64,000 nucleotides of DNA. Source: Prorocentrum cordatum. Taxonomy: Eukaryota. The DNA is taken from assembly GCA_963575745.1 (NCBI GenBank), contig CAUYUJ010000314.1, forward strand, positions 310,001-374,000, written 5' to 3'. The notes beneath the pieces were generated by a model. That model saw only the letters and a program-made list of their open reading frames with translations, did no database searches and was not told the DNA's origin. A program made the translations under genes and the position numbers. Of the stretch, positions 9,405 through 22,930 are shown piece after piece (position 1 is the stretch's first letter; every line of letters starts with the position of its first letter).

Positions 9405-11038
9405 TCATCATCTTCATCGCCATCATCGTCGCAATCATCGGCTTCATCGCCATCGTCATCTTCATCATCACCATCATCAGCACCAACATGTTCACGCCGC
9501 CATCATCGTCATGCGGGTCTTGATTTAATCATCATCATCACTACGAGATGATGACGATGACGAGAAGATTATGATGGATATTATGATGATGACGATGGTG
9601 AGGAGATGGTGATGATGATGGCGATGACGCGGACGATGATGAATATCATGACGACGATGATGACGATGCTGTTGGAAATGATGCAAAAACAGGTTGAGTC
9701 GGTTGAGTCCGAAAACTTCGCCTTAAACCAAGCCAGGCAAGGGTATGAGATGAGGAGTATGAGGATGAGAACGATACTGATGATGCTGATGATGACGAGG
9801 ATGAGGATGACGATGAGGATGAGTTGGGGGGTTATGACGATGCTGTTGTTGATGATGACGTTGATGTTGGTGATGAGGATGAGGATGGGGATGATGACGG
9901 CGAGGATGAGGATAAGCACGCGGATTTGGTTGTGTATGTGCATGTGGAGGTGGATGATCACGCTGATGATGATGATGCTGCTGATGATGATGATGCTGAT
10001 GACGATGATGATGATGGTTATGACGATGCTGATGTTGCTTATGATGATGATGCTGCCTCTGATGATGATGACGATGATGGTGATGATGCTGATGATTATG
10101 GTGTTGGTGAATATGACGATGATGATGGTGATGATGCTGATGATGATGGTGGTGGTGAGTATGACGATGACGATGTTGATGATGATGGTGGTGATGATGT
10201 TGATGCTGCTGATGATCGTGTTCGTTATGATCATCATTGGACATAACAGTATTAGGATGAGTAGTAGTTTTCTCACCATTAGAAACTCTTAGTATTATGT
10301 TGATGGTGTGTGCAAGAGTGGGTGGTCGGATGATGTGGATGTGCATGATGAGGAGGAATCATGATGCTGCTGATGATACGGAGGATGAGGATGATGATGA
10401 GGATGAGGAGGAGGATGCGGATGAGGATGAGGATTATTATGATGATGTTGGTACTGGTGTTGATGCTGATGCGCTGATGACCGTGATGATGCTGATGATG
10501 ATGCGGCCTCTGATAATGATGATGATGATGGTGATGATGCTGATAATGATGGTGGTGGTGAATATGACGATGATGATGATGGTGATGATGCTGATGATGA
10601 TGGTGGTGGTGAATATGACGATGATGATGATGGTGATGATGCTGATGATGATGGTGATGGTGAATATGACGATGACGATGTTGATGATGATGGTGGTGAT
10701 GATGTTGATGCTGCTGATGATTGTGTTTATTATGATCATCATTGGACATAACAGTATTAGGATGAGTAGTAGTTTTCTTACCATTAGAAACTCTTAGTAT
10801 TCTGTTGATGGTGTAGGCAAGAGTGGGTGATCGGATGATGTGGATGCGCATGATGAGGATGAAACGTGATGCTGCTGATGATACGGAGGATGAGGATGAG
10901 GATGAGGAGGAGGATGCGGATGATCATGAGGATTATTATGATGATGTTGATACTGATGTTGATGCTGATGCGCTGATGACCGTGATGATGCTGCGAATGA
11001 TGATGATGATGAGGAGGAGGAGGAGGAGGAGAAGGAGC

Positions 11039-11131
<93 letters not shown>

Positions 11132-11410
11132 GTGATTGGATTGATGCTGATGATGATCATGCTGCTGCTGATGATGAAGAAGAAGATAATGATGATGCTG
11201 ATGATGAGGAGGATGAGCATGATAATGATAATGATAATGAGGATGAGGATGAAGATGAGGATGAAGTGAGGATGACGATGGCGATGACGTGGATGAGAAG
11301 GAGCAGGAGGAGGAGGAGGAGGAGGAGGAGGAGGAGGAGGAGGAGGAGGAAAGGGAAAGGGAAAGGAGAAGGGAAAGGGACAGGGAAAGGGAAAGGGAAA
11401 GGGAAAGGGA
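9405..11410. repeat. Degenerate (GAT)n satellite with a ~504-bp higher-order duplication, ending in (GAG)n and (GGGAAA)n
   Basis: The block ATTGGACATAACAGTATTAGGATGAGTAGTAG...AGAAACTCTTAGTATT occurs at ~10236 and ~10741. Confidence 0.9.
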
Positions 11411-11414
11411 AAGG

Positions 11415-12040
11415 GCCTCTTTGGCCGTCTGGGGGCTCTTCTGGACCGTCTTGTGGCCCTCTTGGCCTTGTGGTGGATGCCTGAGGGCCGTGGTGGGGCC
11501 GTCTTGGCGCCATCTTGGGCAGTCCAAGAAAGGCCTTTTGATGCCATCATGGGTCCTACGGGAGGCCCTCTTGAGCCGTCTTGGTGCCGTCTTTGATGCC
11601 TTTTGGGCCTTCATGGGGTCATCTTGGGTGATCTTTGGACCTCGTGGGCGCCTATTGGACCGTCTTCGGCCTATATTGGAGGATTCTTGCGCCGTCTTGA
11701 GCCGACGGAAGCCCAGAAAAGGTGATAACGAGCACATCCTTCAAATCCAGGGAAATCAATGATGTTGGCTTCTCCGGGCCCTGTTGGAGGTCCTCCTGTG
11801 GCCCTTCGAGCCTTCTTGGAGGCATTTGGGGTTGTCTTGAGGCCATATTGGGCCATCTGCCTTGGGGTCATCTTGGGCCGTCTTCGAGGCATCTTGAGCC
11901 ATCTTGGTGTCCTTGGTTGCCTGCATGGGTCGTCTTGGAAGCTCGGGACGCAGATCCATCGTTTTCGCAAGAGTGATCGTGGCCTCGGGAGCGCGGATCC
12001 AGTGTTTTTGTTTTCTACCGGGGATCGTGGCCTCGGGAGG
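11415..12040. repeat. Dispersed CTTGG/GGCC-rich repeat family, copy 1
   Basis: 11690-12040 is colinear with and similar to 14720-15058. Related sequence lies at 54200-54810. Confidence 0.8.
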
Positions 12041-13179
12041 GGGAGGATGCACGCGACGGATGCTGGTAGAGGGGGGGGGAATCCTTCTCTGGAGTGCAGA
12101 AACCCTACTGGGCAGCACCTGGCATTCGAACACGCCTACACCGTGCGGGCGCGGTGGCGGGCCGCTCGCGTCTGCTGTACACTCCGCCTCCAGTCCGAGA
12201 GCTCCGACGCGGTGATCTCTCCACAGCGTCGACCCCCCAGAGGTCCGCGAGGGCCCCCGGGAGGCCGCAGGCGGCTGAAAACCTCGCGCCGTGATTTGCC
12301 CACGACGGGAGGAGGAGGAGGAGGAGGAGGAGGAGGAGGAGGAGGAGGAGGAGGGGAGGAGGAGAGGAGGAGGAGAGGAGGAGGAGGAGGAGGGAGAGAG
12401 GGAGGAGGGAGGAGGAGAGGAGGAGGGAGGAGGGAGGAGGAGAGGGAGGAGGAGGAGAGGAGGAGGAGGGAGGGAGGAGGAGGGAGGAGGAGGCCAGAGC
12501 TCGTGCTTCCCGTCCTGGGCGCTGGGCGCGCGACCGGGGGCCCACGCGGGCGCTCCCGCGTGGGACCTCCCGCCCGCCCCGCGGGGCCCCGTGCCGCGCC
12601 GCAGGACAGCCGCGAGTTTGACGCCAAGGGCAGCAATTTGGCAGCGCCCCGCCCTCGGGGGCGGCCAGGAGGGGGGTGCTGAGCAGGGAGGTGGGTGTCG
12701 TGGCGGGGCCATGATACAGTCGAGGCTGATTAGCGGGTCGGCCCTACCAAAGCAAGAGAGAGACTTCTGTCCTGTGTTTTTCGCGGCCCGTGCCCTCTGC
12801 ATCCCGTGGCGCTGTGGCCCTCGAAAGGGCCTTGTGCACCCTCGCGTGGCCTCTCCAGTCAACCGTGACTGTACGGTCGGGCCGAGGTTTAAGGTCGAGG
12901 TCGGGTCGGCGAGGGTACCCCGATGTTCTTCGTGTTTGCTGGATGCTCTTGGCTCGGGGCACCCTGGGGGAGGGTACCTTCGAGTGATCTCGTGGCGTGG
13001 GGTGCTTTGGCTGGCAGAGGGTCTCGTGCTCCTGCTCGCCTGCCGCAGGCCCGACCGCAGTGCGGTCCCTGCCCCCTCCCCCCCGGGCCGCGCACGTGTC
13101 TCGTGCCATGGCCTGCGACCCCCCGTCTGTGGCCGGCCCCCTCCCGGGCGCCCCCGCTCCCCGTGCCCTCCTCTGGATC

Positions 13180-13380
13180 TGGGCCTCCCGGATGGGCTCC
13201 GAGCAGAGGGGGGTCGGAGGATGGCGCCGCATCGCCGGTGCATCGGCGATGCGGCTCGATGTGGAGCCCGATCCCCTTCGCGTCGACGTCGAACATGCAT
13301 CGCGCCGACGTCGCCGATGCATCACCAATGCGTCACCGATGACTCGGCGATGCATCCGCGATGCGACGCGACCCTCTGGC
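13180..13380. repeat. CGATGCATCG-rich dispersed repeat
   Basis: Its reverse complement resembles 63850-63960 (GCGATGCGGCGC.ATCCTCCGACCCC...CTCGGA.CCCATC.GGGAGGCC). Confidence 0.7.
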
Positions 13381-13829
13381 ACCATCCACGCGGACCCCAC
13401 TCACAAGGCCTCTAAGGCTCTAAGGATGCGGAGGAGGATGGGGGCGGAGAGGCGACCTCCGCCTTCCCCGTCGTGGAGGCGTCACGACGGGAGACCTCTG
13501 GTCGTTTCCGGCTTCTGCCGTCCCTCGCCAGGCCCCCGGGGCCGTCAAAAAATGACCCAGGACGAGGAAACGCTCCCACGGAAGGAGTCCAGACCTCCGG
13601 GGGTCGACGTTCGGTAAAAGCGACGTCGGAGTTCTGAGGAGGCGGACGGGGAGAAAGGCAATGGTAAGGATGTGTGGAGAAGGACGATGAGGTGGCGGAT
13701 GGGGACGGGGGCGTGAAGGAGGGAGGGAGGGGAAGGAGAGAGAAGGCAGGAGGGAGACGGAGCAGAAGGAAGAGGGTTGAAGGGAGAAGGAGGAAAATGA
13801 GGTGGAGGAGGAGCGAGGGTTGGAGATCC

Positions 13830-13952
13830 GTGATGGTGCTCGATGATGGTGGTGGTGATGATGATGTTGATGACGATGGTGGTGATTGCGATGTTGATGA
13901 TCATGCTGATGCTGATGCTGATGCTGATGCTGATGCTGATGCTGATGCTGCT

Positions 13953-13998
<46 letters not shown>

Positions 13999-14102
13999 CT
14001 GATGATTAATATGGTGATGGTGATGCATATTATATGATGACGATGATGACGATGATGATGCTGATGATGGTGATGCCGATGCTGCTGCTGATGATTATTA
14101 TT

Positions 14103-14178
<76 letters not shown>

Positions 14179-14180
14179 CA
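13830..14180. repeat. (GAT)n/(GCTGAT)n microsatellite
   Basis: Directly visible. Confidence 0.95.
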
Positions 14181-14239
14181 AGGATGAGGCGCATGAGGAG
14201 CAGGACCAGGATGAGGAATAGGATGGACGTAGTGTGGCA

Positions 14240-15083
14240 CCTCTTTCGTCTTGGCATTCGAGGAGTCCTAATGGAACTTGTGTGGGCCGTCTTCCACTGT
14301 CTTGCCCTCCCGTGAGGCTGCATTGGGGGTCCCTCGGGGCCCTCCTGTGCCGTCCAGGAGTCCTCTTTGCGCCATCTCGGTGCTCTCGTTGGCCGTCGTG
14401 GCGTTCTCTTGGCCGTCCGGTGGGTGGCTGGGTGGTGCCCCCGCGGGGCCCGTCTTGGGCTGCCGAACGGCCTTTTGTAAGACAGTCTTCGGTCCCCACG
14501 GGAGGCCCGTTTGGACAGACTTGGGGTCGTCTTGAATGGGCCGTCTTGGGCCGTCTTGGGCGATAGTTTCGTAGATCGCAGGCACTGCGATCTGCGAATG
14601 AAGGTCTCGTCGGTTCCCAGGCACTGCGCAGGCCTGGCACTATCCCAGGCTCTGCGAAACTATCGCGGCACTATCGTGGTACTTCCTGGGCCGTCTTGGG
14701 GCCATCGCAGAGGCCTCTTGGGCCGCCTTGTGTTGACGGAAGCCCGAAAAGGCGAGGGTGCGAAACTCATCCAAAACCCAAGGGACAGCATTGATGTTGG
14801 TTTCTCCGGGCTTTGCTGGAGGTCCTCCTGTGGCCCATCTAAGCCTTCATGGAGGCATCCTTGGCTTTCAAGAGGCCATATTGGGCTGCCTTGGGGCCAT
14901 CTTGGGCCGCCTTCGAGGCATCTTGAGCCATCTTGGTATCCTTGGTTGCCTGCATGGGCTGTCTTGGAAGCTCGGGACACAGATCCATCGTTTTGTAAAA
15001 GGGTTCGTGGCCTCGGGAGCGCGGATCCATTGTTTTCTACTAGGGATCGTGGCTTCGCGAGAGAGAGAGAGAGAGAGAGAGAG
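14240..15083. repeat. Dispersed CTTGG/GGCC-rich repeat family, copy 2, ending in (GA)n
   Basis: Homologous to 11415-12040. Confidence 0.75.
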
Positions 15084-15604
15084 CGGGAGAATGCAGAGAG
15101 TGCAGCGTCAGCTTGGCTCGTCGTGATAGACCGTTCAACGTGTCGCCTCTCTGCACGACTTGCCACAAGCGGGTCGCAAGAATGGCCCACGCAAGTTTTG
15201 CGTTGGCGAGCGCGGCACGAGCCTAATGGATGTCTCCCGCAGCTAACAGCGTTCATCATGGCAGCGACTGGAGATTTCATTCTTCAATTGTATGTGCTGG
15301 CAGGCCTGATGTATGTTACAATCCTAGTACATTGTGTTAGCACTGTTTTACCAACCCTTCTCTTGCATGCGCGTTTCATTGCCGTAGCGTCTCACGCCCT
15401 CCGCCTCCGCTTGCGGGGCGAGGGGCCTCCATGGGCTCCTCGACCGGACTTGACTTGACTTGACTTGGAGACGTAGGGCTACCTTTGTTAGAATACAGAC
15501 GCCCTATCAGACAGCCGTCAGCGCGCGCAACGCACGGTGGTGGATCAAGAGGAGGGAGGCAGAGCAGGAGGAGGGGGTGGAGGTGATGGACGAGGGGCCA
15601 AAGC

Positions 15605-16300
15605 GGATGACGACGACGATGACGACGATGATGGTGATGATGGTGATGATAATGATGGTGATGATGATGATGATGATGATGGTGATGGAGATGGTGATGG
15701 TGAGGGTGATGATGATGACGATGATGCTGATGGCGGTGGTGGTGATGCAGATGATAATGATGATAGTGATGTTGATGTTGGTTGTGATGGTGATGGTGAT
15801 GGTGATGGTGATGATGACGATGATTGTGATGGTGGTGATGCTGATGATGGTTATGGTGACGGTGATGATGAGGATGAGGATGATGATGAGGATGAGGGTG
15901 ATTCATGATGATGAGGATGATGGCAACGCTGATTCTGTTGATGATGACGACGATGACGACGATGATGACGAGGATGAGGATGAGGATTATGATGAGGATG
16001 GGGAGTATGAGAATGAGGACGAGGACGATGACGATTACGATGACGATGACGATGGCGATAATGTTGATGCTGCTCTGCTGCTGCTGCTGCTGATGTTGAT
16101 GACGAGAATGACGATAATGGTGATGCTGCTGATGATGGTGATGGTGATGATGCGGACGAAGAGTTGATGAAGTCGATGATGGCGATGGTGATTGTGATGG
16201 CGATGATGATGGTGATGATGATGATGCTGATGATGATGATGGTGATGATGATGATAATTGGTGATTGTGTTTTTGGCAATATGAATATGATGATAATGAT
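15605..16300. repeat. Degenerate (GAT)n microsatellite
   Basis: Directly visible. Confidence 0.95.
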
Positions 16301-16683
16301 GAGAAGGATAGGGATTGGGATGAATATGGTGATCAGGAGGAGACGTATAAGGTCCAGGAGGGAGACAGGTGATAAGGAGGACGAGGAAGGTTTTGAGATG
16401 CTTGCAGGTATCACTGGTGTTGCCAGCACTTGGAGGTTTCGGGCAATTGCAGCTGTCGCTACAGTTCCAGCAATAAGAAGAGTTTCAGACATGGGTTGTC
16501 AGCTGACCACCCAGCTCTGGCCCCTGCGCTTCCCCCAGCCTTCCTCGCCTCCTCCGCCTCCTTCCTCCCTCCCTCCTTCCTCCCTCCTGTCTCCTGTCCC
16601 CCCATCCTCCCTCCCCTCTCCTCCTCCCTTCTCCTTCCTCCCTCCTCCGCTGCATTCTCCTCCTCTACACTCTCCTCCTCCAG

Positions 16684-18479
16684 TTGGGAGGCTGTAGGTC
16701 CTCTGGAATGGAAATGTCACAACGGGATTTCCATCCAGATAGATGAAACACCGCCAGCATTGCTTGCAGATCAGCTAGAGATTGGAATTCAGAGAGTCCA
16801 CGAGCTAGCACTAGCAGCCAAGCTAGGCCACCCTCCTGGGCACAGGGCAACTCTGGACCTTATACGGTCCAGACTGGGGCCCGAGGCTCGAGGGTTGAGC
16901 ACGATGGCCAAGTTTTTGATCAGGATCTGTGGGTGCAATGGAGTGTGGACTGCTGATAGAGGTCGCTTGGCGGGGTACGAGACGGACGGGCGGTGCGTGT
17001 GCGGGCAAGTGGACACACTCCACCACAGGCCCTACTCCTGTTCCAGGCCTGATGTAGAGCAGTCCCGAGCAGAGTCCGAAGTTCCTCGTCAGTTTTTGGA
17101 GGCGGTTCGCGCTGAGCCAGATCTGGAAATCCTCACCCGCGGGATTTACGTGTACCCAGAAAGCGAGCTTCCGAAACCGTCCACGTCAGCTGAGGTGGAC
17201 ATTTTTGATGTTTTGGGTGCACCTCTGGACAGGGACCCTGAGCAGCTAGCAGATTTGTCGGACGAGCCTGTTTTAATAATGGTGTCTGATGGGTCCTGCT
17301 CGAAGCCCCCCCATACGTGCGCTCCAGCGAGCGGCATGGGCGATGGCGGTGCTCCCACCGAGCGGGACCGATCCTGTTCCAGTATGCGTGATGCGTGGAG
17401 TCGTCCAAGGACGTTTTCCTCAGACACCTGCAATGTCTGAGCATGTAGGTGTGGCGCTCCGCGGTCAGGTGGCAAATAGACCAGCTCAGCTGGGCGTCGA
17501 TTTCATGTCTGCGGTCAAACTCGCGCAAAAAGAATTGGCACAACAGCTTTCAGTGCGCAGCAAGTTTGCAGGGATAAGGACATTTGCCCACACACTTGAG
17601 GGCACAGCGTTCATACAGGAGGTGCGGCATGTCAAGGCGCATCGATCTCAGGAGTTGTTTGGCTCGTTGGAACAGAATGAGCGAGAATATGCTGAGGCCA
17701 AGCGCATTGTTGACCGCCATGCGAAAGAGGCCGTCCGAGCTCACCCGTCTGCCGACCCATCCTTCCTGCAGGGATCAGAGGTGGCCGTGGAACGTGCTGC
17801 CCACTTCTGTAAGCTCGCTGCTGCCGTTCTTCCGTTATTTGAGGTCACGCCTAGGTAGAATAGGAACACCGACGTCCACCGCCGCAGGCGACGGACACAT
17901 CGAGTGCAACAAGAATGGCATGTTTGGGTCGACGGATTGCAGGCCTCAGATGTTCGAAGTGTTTCAGTCTAGGGGGTGAGGGCCGAACGGAGCTTCCCTT
18001 CAATGGCTGTAAAGGGGTCCCCCCCAACATCAGACCGCTCCTCAAGGATCCCAAGGGGCATCTCGTCGTCGCGGCTGGGCTGTCGGCTCGAGCTTCGAGT
18101 GGTGCCGGGCAGAAGGTCCTTGAGAAGCAATTTTGGATTTGTTTAAGATGTGGGGGGTGGTCCCAGGGTAGAGCCCTAAAGCTTGCTCAGCCGTGCATTT
18201 TGCCTGGACAACACCCCGCCAAGAAAAGGTCAGGAGGTTATAAGCCGCTATTCCCAAGGGAGGCCACCGAACCGTACTATCAAAGCCCTCCTCGGTCGTA
18301 GCGTCTTCCTCCCTCGGTATCCCATGGTTGAGATGTTGGCCCCCTCGGAGTCTAATGCGGCCCCTGACTCGACGGAGGTGTCCAGATCGTTATCAGCCTC
18401 AGGGGTTCCCTCATATGAGCAGCGCATGGCTGCCCTGATTGAGATAATTCGTTTGAAGGAGGCCTCTGTAGGCCAGTAA
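16684..18479 (+). mobile_element. 5'-truncated, degenerate non-LTR retrotransposon (LINE) ORF2 3' half: zf-RVT-like region, RNase H and C-terminal zinc fingers
   Basis: GVWT...GYETDGRCVCGQVDTLHHR.YSC is zf-RVT-like. RNase H motifs: SDGSC, QT...SE, VDF, RHVKAHRS, IVDRHAKEA. These are followed by RCSKC and WICLRCGGW...LAQPC. Several frameshifts and stops. The RT core is absent and the element abuts a CT-rich microsatellite (16530-16681). Confidence 0.8.
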
Positions 18480-20479
18480 TTCCTGTCGTTCGTTTTTGGT
18501 GCTGTGCACTTTCCCTTCGGGTCCTTCCATTCCTCCTCCTCCTCCTCCTCTGCGCTCTCCTTCTCCTCCTCGCTCGCTCGTTCGCTCGCTCACTACCAAA
18601 AGGCCAGGAGGTCCCAAGCCCAGAGTTAACGGGAATAGAGAAAGGCGAAGCAGGCACATAAAACGAATCATGCACGCGCAGAGGAGAGGGAGGACGAGCA
18701 GAGGCTTACTCAGGCCCGATTCTCAGCGTAGTCGGCAGCACCTCATCCTCCAGTGGTCGTGGCAACGGGCAAGACACACCCCCACGCGACCCAAGGTCGG
18801 TGAGCAAACAGACGGATAAAGGAATCCAGAAACTGCACGGGAACGAGTGATTTCCCAGGCCCTCGCAATGTCCGCAGGCATGTTGACAAGTGAACCTCCC
18901 CCCGACATGCGTATTCAAACCATTGGTGGAAGGCAGCACGACCGAGAGCCAACTATACATATTGCCACTTGCACTTGGGTAGAGCTCCCGAGCTCACGAA
19001 TGTATTCGAATTCAGACAACTGAGCAGGCTGAAAGTGTGGACCAGTTGGCAACATGACCGTGCACGGGACCTGGTGACCATGCGCGTGCACAAGCATGAG
19101 GGCAGCAGCACGTATTCGTTCATTTTACGTGGTCACAGCGTCTTGAGCAAGATCCCCGAGCCCACGCAAACCCCAAGAGTATTCACTCGACCGAACCTTT
19201 TTTTCCAATCGAGGCGCTTCCAAAGGAGCCCCCGCAGGGGAGGCGCACCTCAGCACGACAGACACCCGCCTTGACGGGCTGGAGCCAGCTGCTCTGAACT
19301 CCGTGAGATTTCTTGGCACGGGCGCAGGCATGGCGACATTCACGCGATCATGGCTGCACTCGCGCTGCAGACCCGCATGCAGCTCCCAGTCCTCTTCCCC
19401 GCCGTAGACTGATAACGCGAGCGTGTTCAAGTATGCACGTTGGCAAAGATGGGGAGACGAGCGTAGTGTCAGCCTCCTCCTCCTCCTCCTCCTCCTTTGC
19501 ACTCTGCTCCTTCTGCTGGTTTGGTCGGTCGGTTCATAAAGGTCAAGACGCAAAGGGGAAAGAGGGGCATGGCCTACTGCGTGCCTCGGGGTTCGCCTCC
19601 CCCCCCTTCCTCCTCCTTGCCTCGTCCTGCTGCTGTCTTCTTTCTCTCTCCATCTCCTTTGGCCTGCTCCTCCTCCTCCTCCTCCTGCTCCCTCCCTCCC
19701 TCCCTCCTTCGGCTGGCCGCAGATGACCTCCCGCGACCTGCTCGGCGACCCGCGGGGCGGCGACTCGCGCCGACAGTCCCGCTCCCGCGGCAGGAGGAGC
19801 CCCCCCCCCCTTCTGGGGCCGCGCGCAGGGCGGGGACGGTGCCCCACGACTGTTCGCCGCCGTTCGGGCGGCTCGGCTGCGTCGCAGAGCTGCGCTCGGT
19901 CGGCTCGGTCCGGTCGGCCCTCGTGTTTGTTGTGCCGCGCCGCCGCGCCCTTGCGGCATGCCCGCGGCTCGTCGGTCTCGGCCGGCTCCGGCTTCGCTGT
20001 CGGTGCGGTCGGCTTCAGTGTGCTCCGTCGCTGTGGACGCCTTGGCTGCTGCCGGGGGGGAGCACGTCAGGGGCAGCGTCAGAACAGGGATGGGCTCAGG
20101 GGGGTCGACAGATTCGAGGCTCCAGGTTTCTCTGTGTTTCCGCTGGCCTCGGCGGCTTTGCAGCCTCGGTGTGTTCTCCAGCGGCTGCGCCTCGCCGGGA
20201 GTGCTGCAGGGATGCCCGGATCGTCCCGAGCGGCCGCCAGAGAGCCGAATTGTGGCCCGAGAGCCAAGGCTCACGGGGGTGACGCATCGGCCCCCCACCG
20301 CCCGTGGACCGAGAAGGCCCCGATGGTCCACCCATGCCCAGGGGTCGCTTCTGGGGGCCCGTCGCTGAGCTTTCGGAGGTGCATCGCCGATCCCAGGTCG
20401 GTGTTGGGGCGATGGCGGAAGGGCCTCGCCACATGCTTTTGTTCTCTCCCCATTTCTGTCTTTGTCTTTCTGCCTCGGT

Positions 20480-20540
20480 TTTTTTTTGGGGGGGGTTCTC
20501 TCTCTCTCTCCCTCCCTCCCTCTCTCTCTCTCTCTTTTTC

Positions 20541-20576
<36 letters not shown>

Positions 20577-20880
20577 TCATGTCCCACAGCACCGCTCACC
20601 CACGGCCCTCAGGGCACAGTCCACCCACAGCCGCTTGACCTATCAATGGTTGAGCCCCCCCTCTCTCCCATCCGTTCCTATTAACTAGTTATACTCCTCG
20701 CCTTTCCCTTCTCCCTCACTGTCTTTTTCGTTTTTTTTTTTTTTTTTTGTTTCTCTCTCTCTCTCTGTCTCTGTCTCTATTTATTTATCTCTCCCGCACT
20801 CTCTCGGTATCTCTCCCTGTCTGCGTCTCCCTCATCGCATTTTCGCGTGTGTGTGTACGTACACATATGCACATGACTAT
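20480..20880. repeat. (CT)n / poly-T / (TG)n microsatellite cluster
   Basis: Directly visible. Confidence 0.9.
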
Positions 20881-21060
20881 ATACACGTATGTTTGCCAGC
20901 GCGGAACCCAATTTAGCTTCTAGCAACTTATGCTACGCAAGCTGCGTGGTGCAATCTATGCGGTGCAATCAATCACTTGCTCAACTTGAAGCTGTCCTCT
21001 CCACTGCTCGCGCAAACATCCCACCCTCCCACCCGCAACTTGGTTTGCAAAACCTCTTAA

Positions 21061-21577
21061 GACCGACTACGACGACACCGACGACAACGACGACGACGAC
21101 ACCGACGACGTCTCCGACGACTTCGACGACGACAACGACGCCGACGCCGACGACGACGACGAAGACGACGACGACGCCAACGAAGGCGACGACGAGGGAG
21201 GAGGAAGGACGACGACGGCGACAACGACGACAACGACGACAACGACGAGGGAGGAGGGAGGACGGCGACGACGCGAACGACGACGAAGGAGGAAGGACGG
21301 CGACGCCGACGACGACAACGACGAGGGAGGAGGGAAGACGACGACAACGACGACGACGACGGTGACGAAATAGAACCGACGACGAGACGTCGACGACGGA
21401 CGACGACGACGACGTGGGAGGAGGACGGACGACCACGGCGACAACGACGACAGAAACGACCACGACGCCAAAGAGGACGACGACGACGAACACGAGAAAA
21501 GACAGAGGACGACGTAGGCGACGACGACGACGACGACGCGGGAGGAGGGAGGACGGCGACGACGACGACGACGACGC
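21061..21577. repeat. Degenerate (GAC)n microsatellite
   Basis: Directly visible. Confidence 0.9.
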
Positions 21578-21579
21578 AA

Positions 21580-22930
21580 GAGCGCGCGCGCACGCTTTTG
21601 TTGAAAATCCGTGTTGCGAAACCTCAGGTTTTTGTAGGTTTTTTGGACGCACGATTTTGAAATCCTTCCGAACCCGATGGTTTTGAAGGTTTTCGGCGTA
21701 CGCCCGCGACGACTCGCGCGTCTGCACTTCGTCCCGATTCTCGAGACGGCACACGCGCAAGGGCGTTCGACAGATTTCGACATGCGCGCGCGCGAAGCCC
21801 GTTCGGTAGCATTTTTTGAAAATCTTGAAAACCTATGGTTTCCTTAAGATTTCGCCAGAGCTCGCGCGGAAGCTTTTTTAGCAAATCAGTGTTGCGAAAC
21901 CGTATGTTTTTGTAGGTTTTTGGGGAAACTCGATTGCGAAATTCTTCCGGCACCGAAGGTTTTTGAAGGATTTCGGCATGCGCGCGCGACGACGCGCGCG
22001 TGTGCACTTCGTCCCTTTTTATTTGCAAGGGATTCGTGGACAAGTGTTATGTTAGAACAAAAATGTCACCGCATAGTGTTTTTTAACAAGAGAGCCCCAG
22101 GGCGGGGGAACTGGTTTGGCTGGGATGATATGGTTTCATATTTAGAATGGACGAGTGGTCAGAATCATATATGATTTACTTACCCGAAAAGGGGAACGTA
22201 TAAGTCCAGGGGGGGGGGGGTAGAGTCTATTCCTTTTTTAGAAAGGAGAATAAACCACGCTGCGCCGCGCGTGACCACCTCCCATGTTCGTGCAAACATC
22301 CCACCCTCCCACCCGCATCTTGGTCGGCAGAACTCGTAAGGTCGCGACTGCAGTTGCAGCATGGAGCTCGTCCGCAAATCTCATCGAGCTCACTGGCACG
22401 CGGACCCTTTTGGCGCGGGCGAAGGCCATCTTGCGGGAGGCAGCGCGGACGACAGCGTCGACAAACGACGATGAGGTGGTTGGCAGAATTCATACAAAAG
22501 TCGCGAGTGCAGTTGCAACGCGGGGTTCCTCCGATAACTTTATCGTGTTTATTGGCGCGTTGACGCTCGTCGCGCGGGCAAAGTCCATCCTGCGGGAGAC
22601 AACGCGGACGACAGCGTCGACAAACGACGATGAGAATGATCACGACGCTTCCGACGGAGATGATGACGATGACGGTGCCTCTGGCAAGCGCGCGAGGGCA
22701 TTGTAATCAGTGCGACATGCGCGCGCGAAGGCCTCCTTGGACAGGAAAGCTGAATACTTTTTGGTTTTCTCAGGAATCTGCCAGAGCGCGCGGGATGAAA
22801 GGTTGAACACGTTTTGTTGGAAAACATTTGCTTTGCTTTTACGTTGCAACTGAAGCGAACACATGGTTTTGTAAGGATTTCGCCTTGTGCGCGCGCATGT
22901 GGCCCGCGTGGTCTTGTTTCATAGGGATTT
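21580..22930. repeat. Dispersed repeat family with (CG)n cores and T-runs, including a 159-bp tandem duplication at 22340-22635
   Basis: Recurrent GTTTTTGTAGGTTTTT and TTTCGGC...GCGCGCG. CGCGGACGACAGCGTCGACAAACGACGATGAG-like sequence occurs at ~22444 and ~22603. An inverted homologue lies at 40100-40620. Confidence 0.7.

Noticed and set aside
9377..16300. Poly-M/D/H/I ORFs
   Set aside because: They are translations of (GAT)n and CTTGG repeats with no domain signal.
18680..19460. Possible minus-strand host exon(s)
   Set aside because: No recognisable domain or convincing exon chain could be built by eye.
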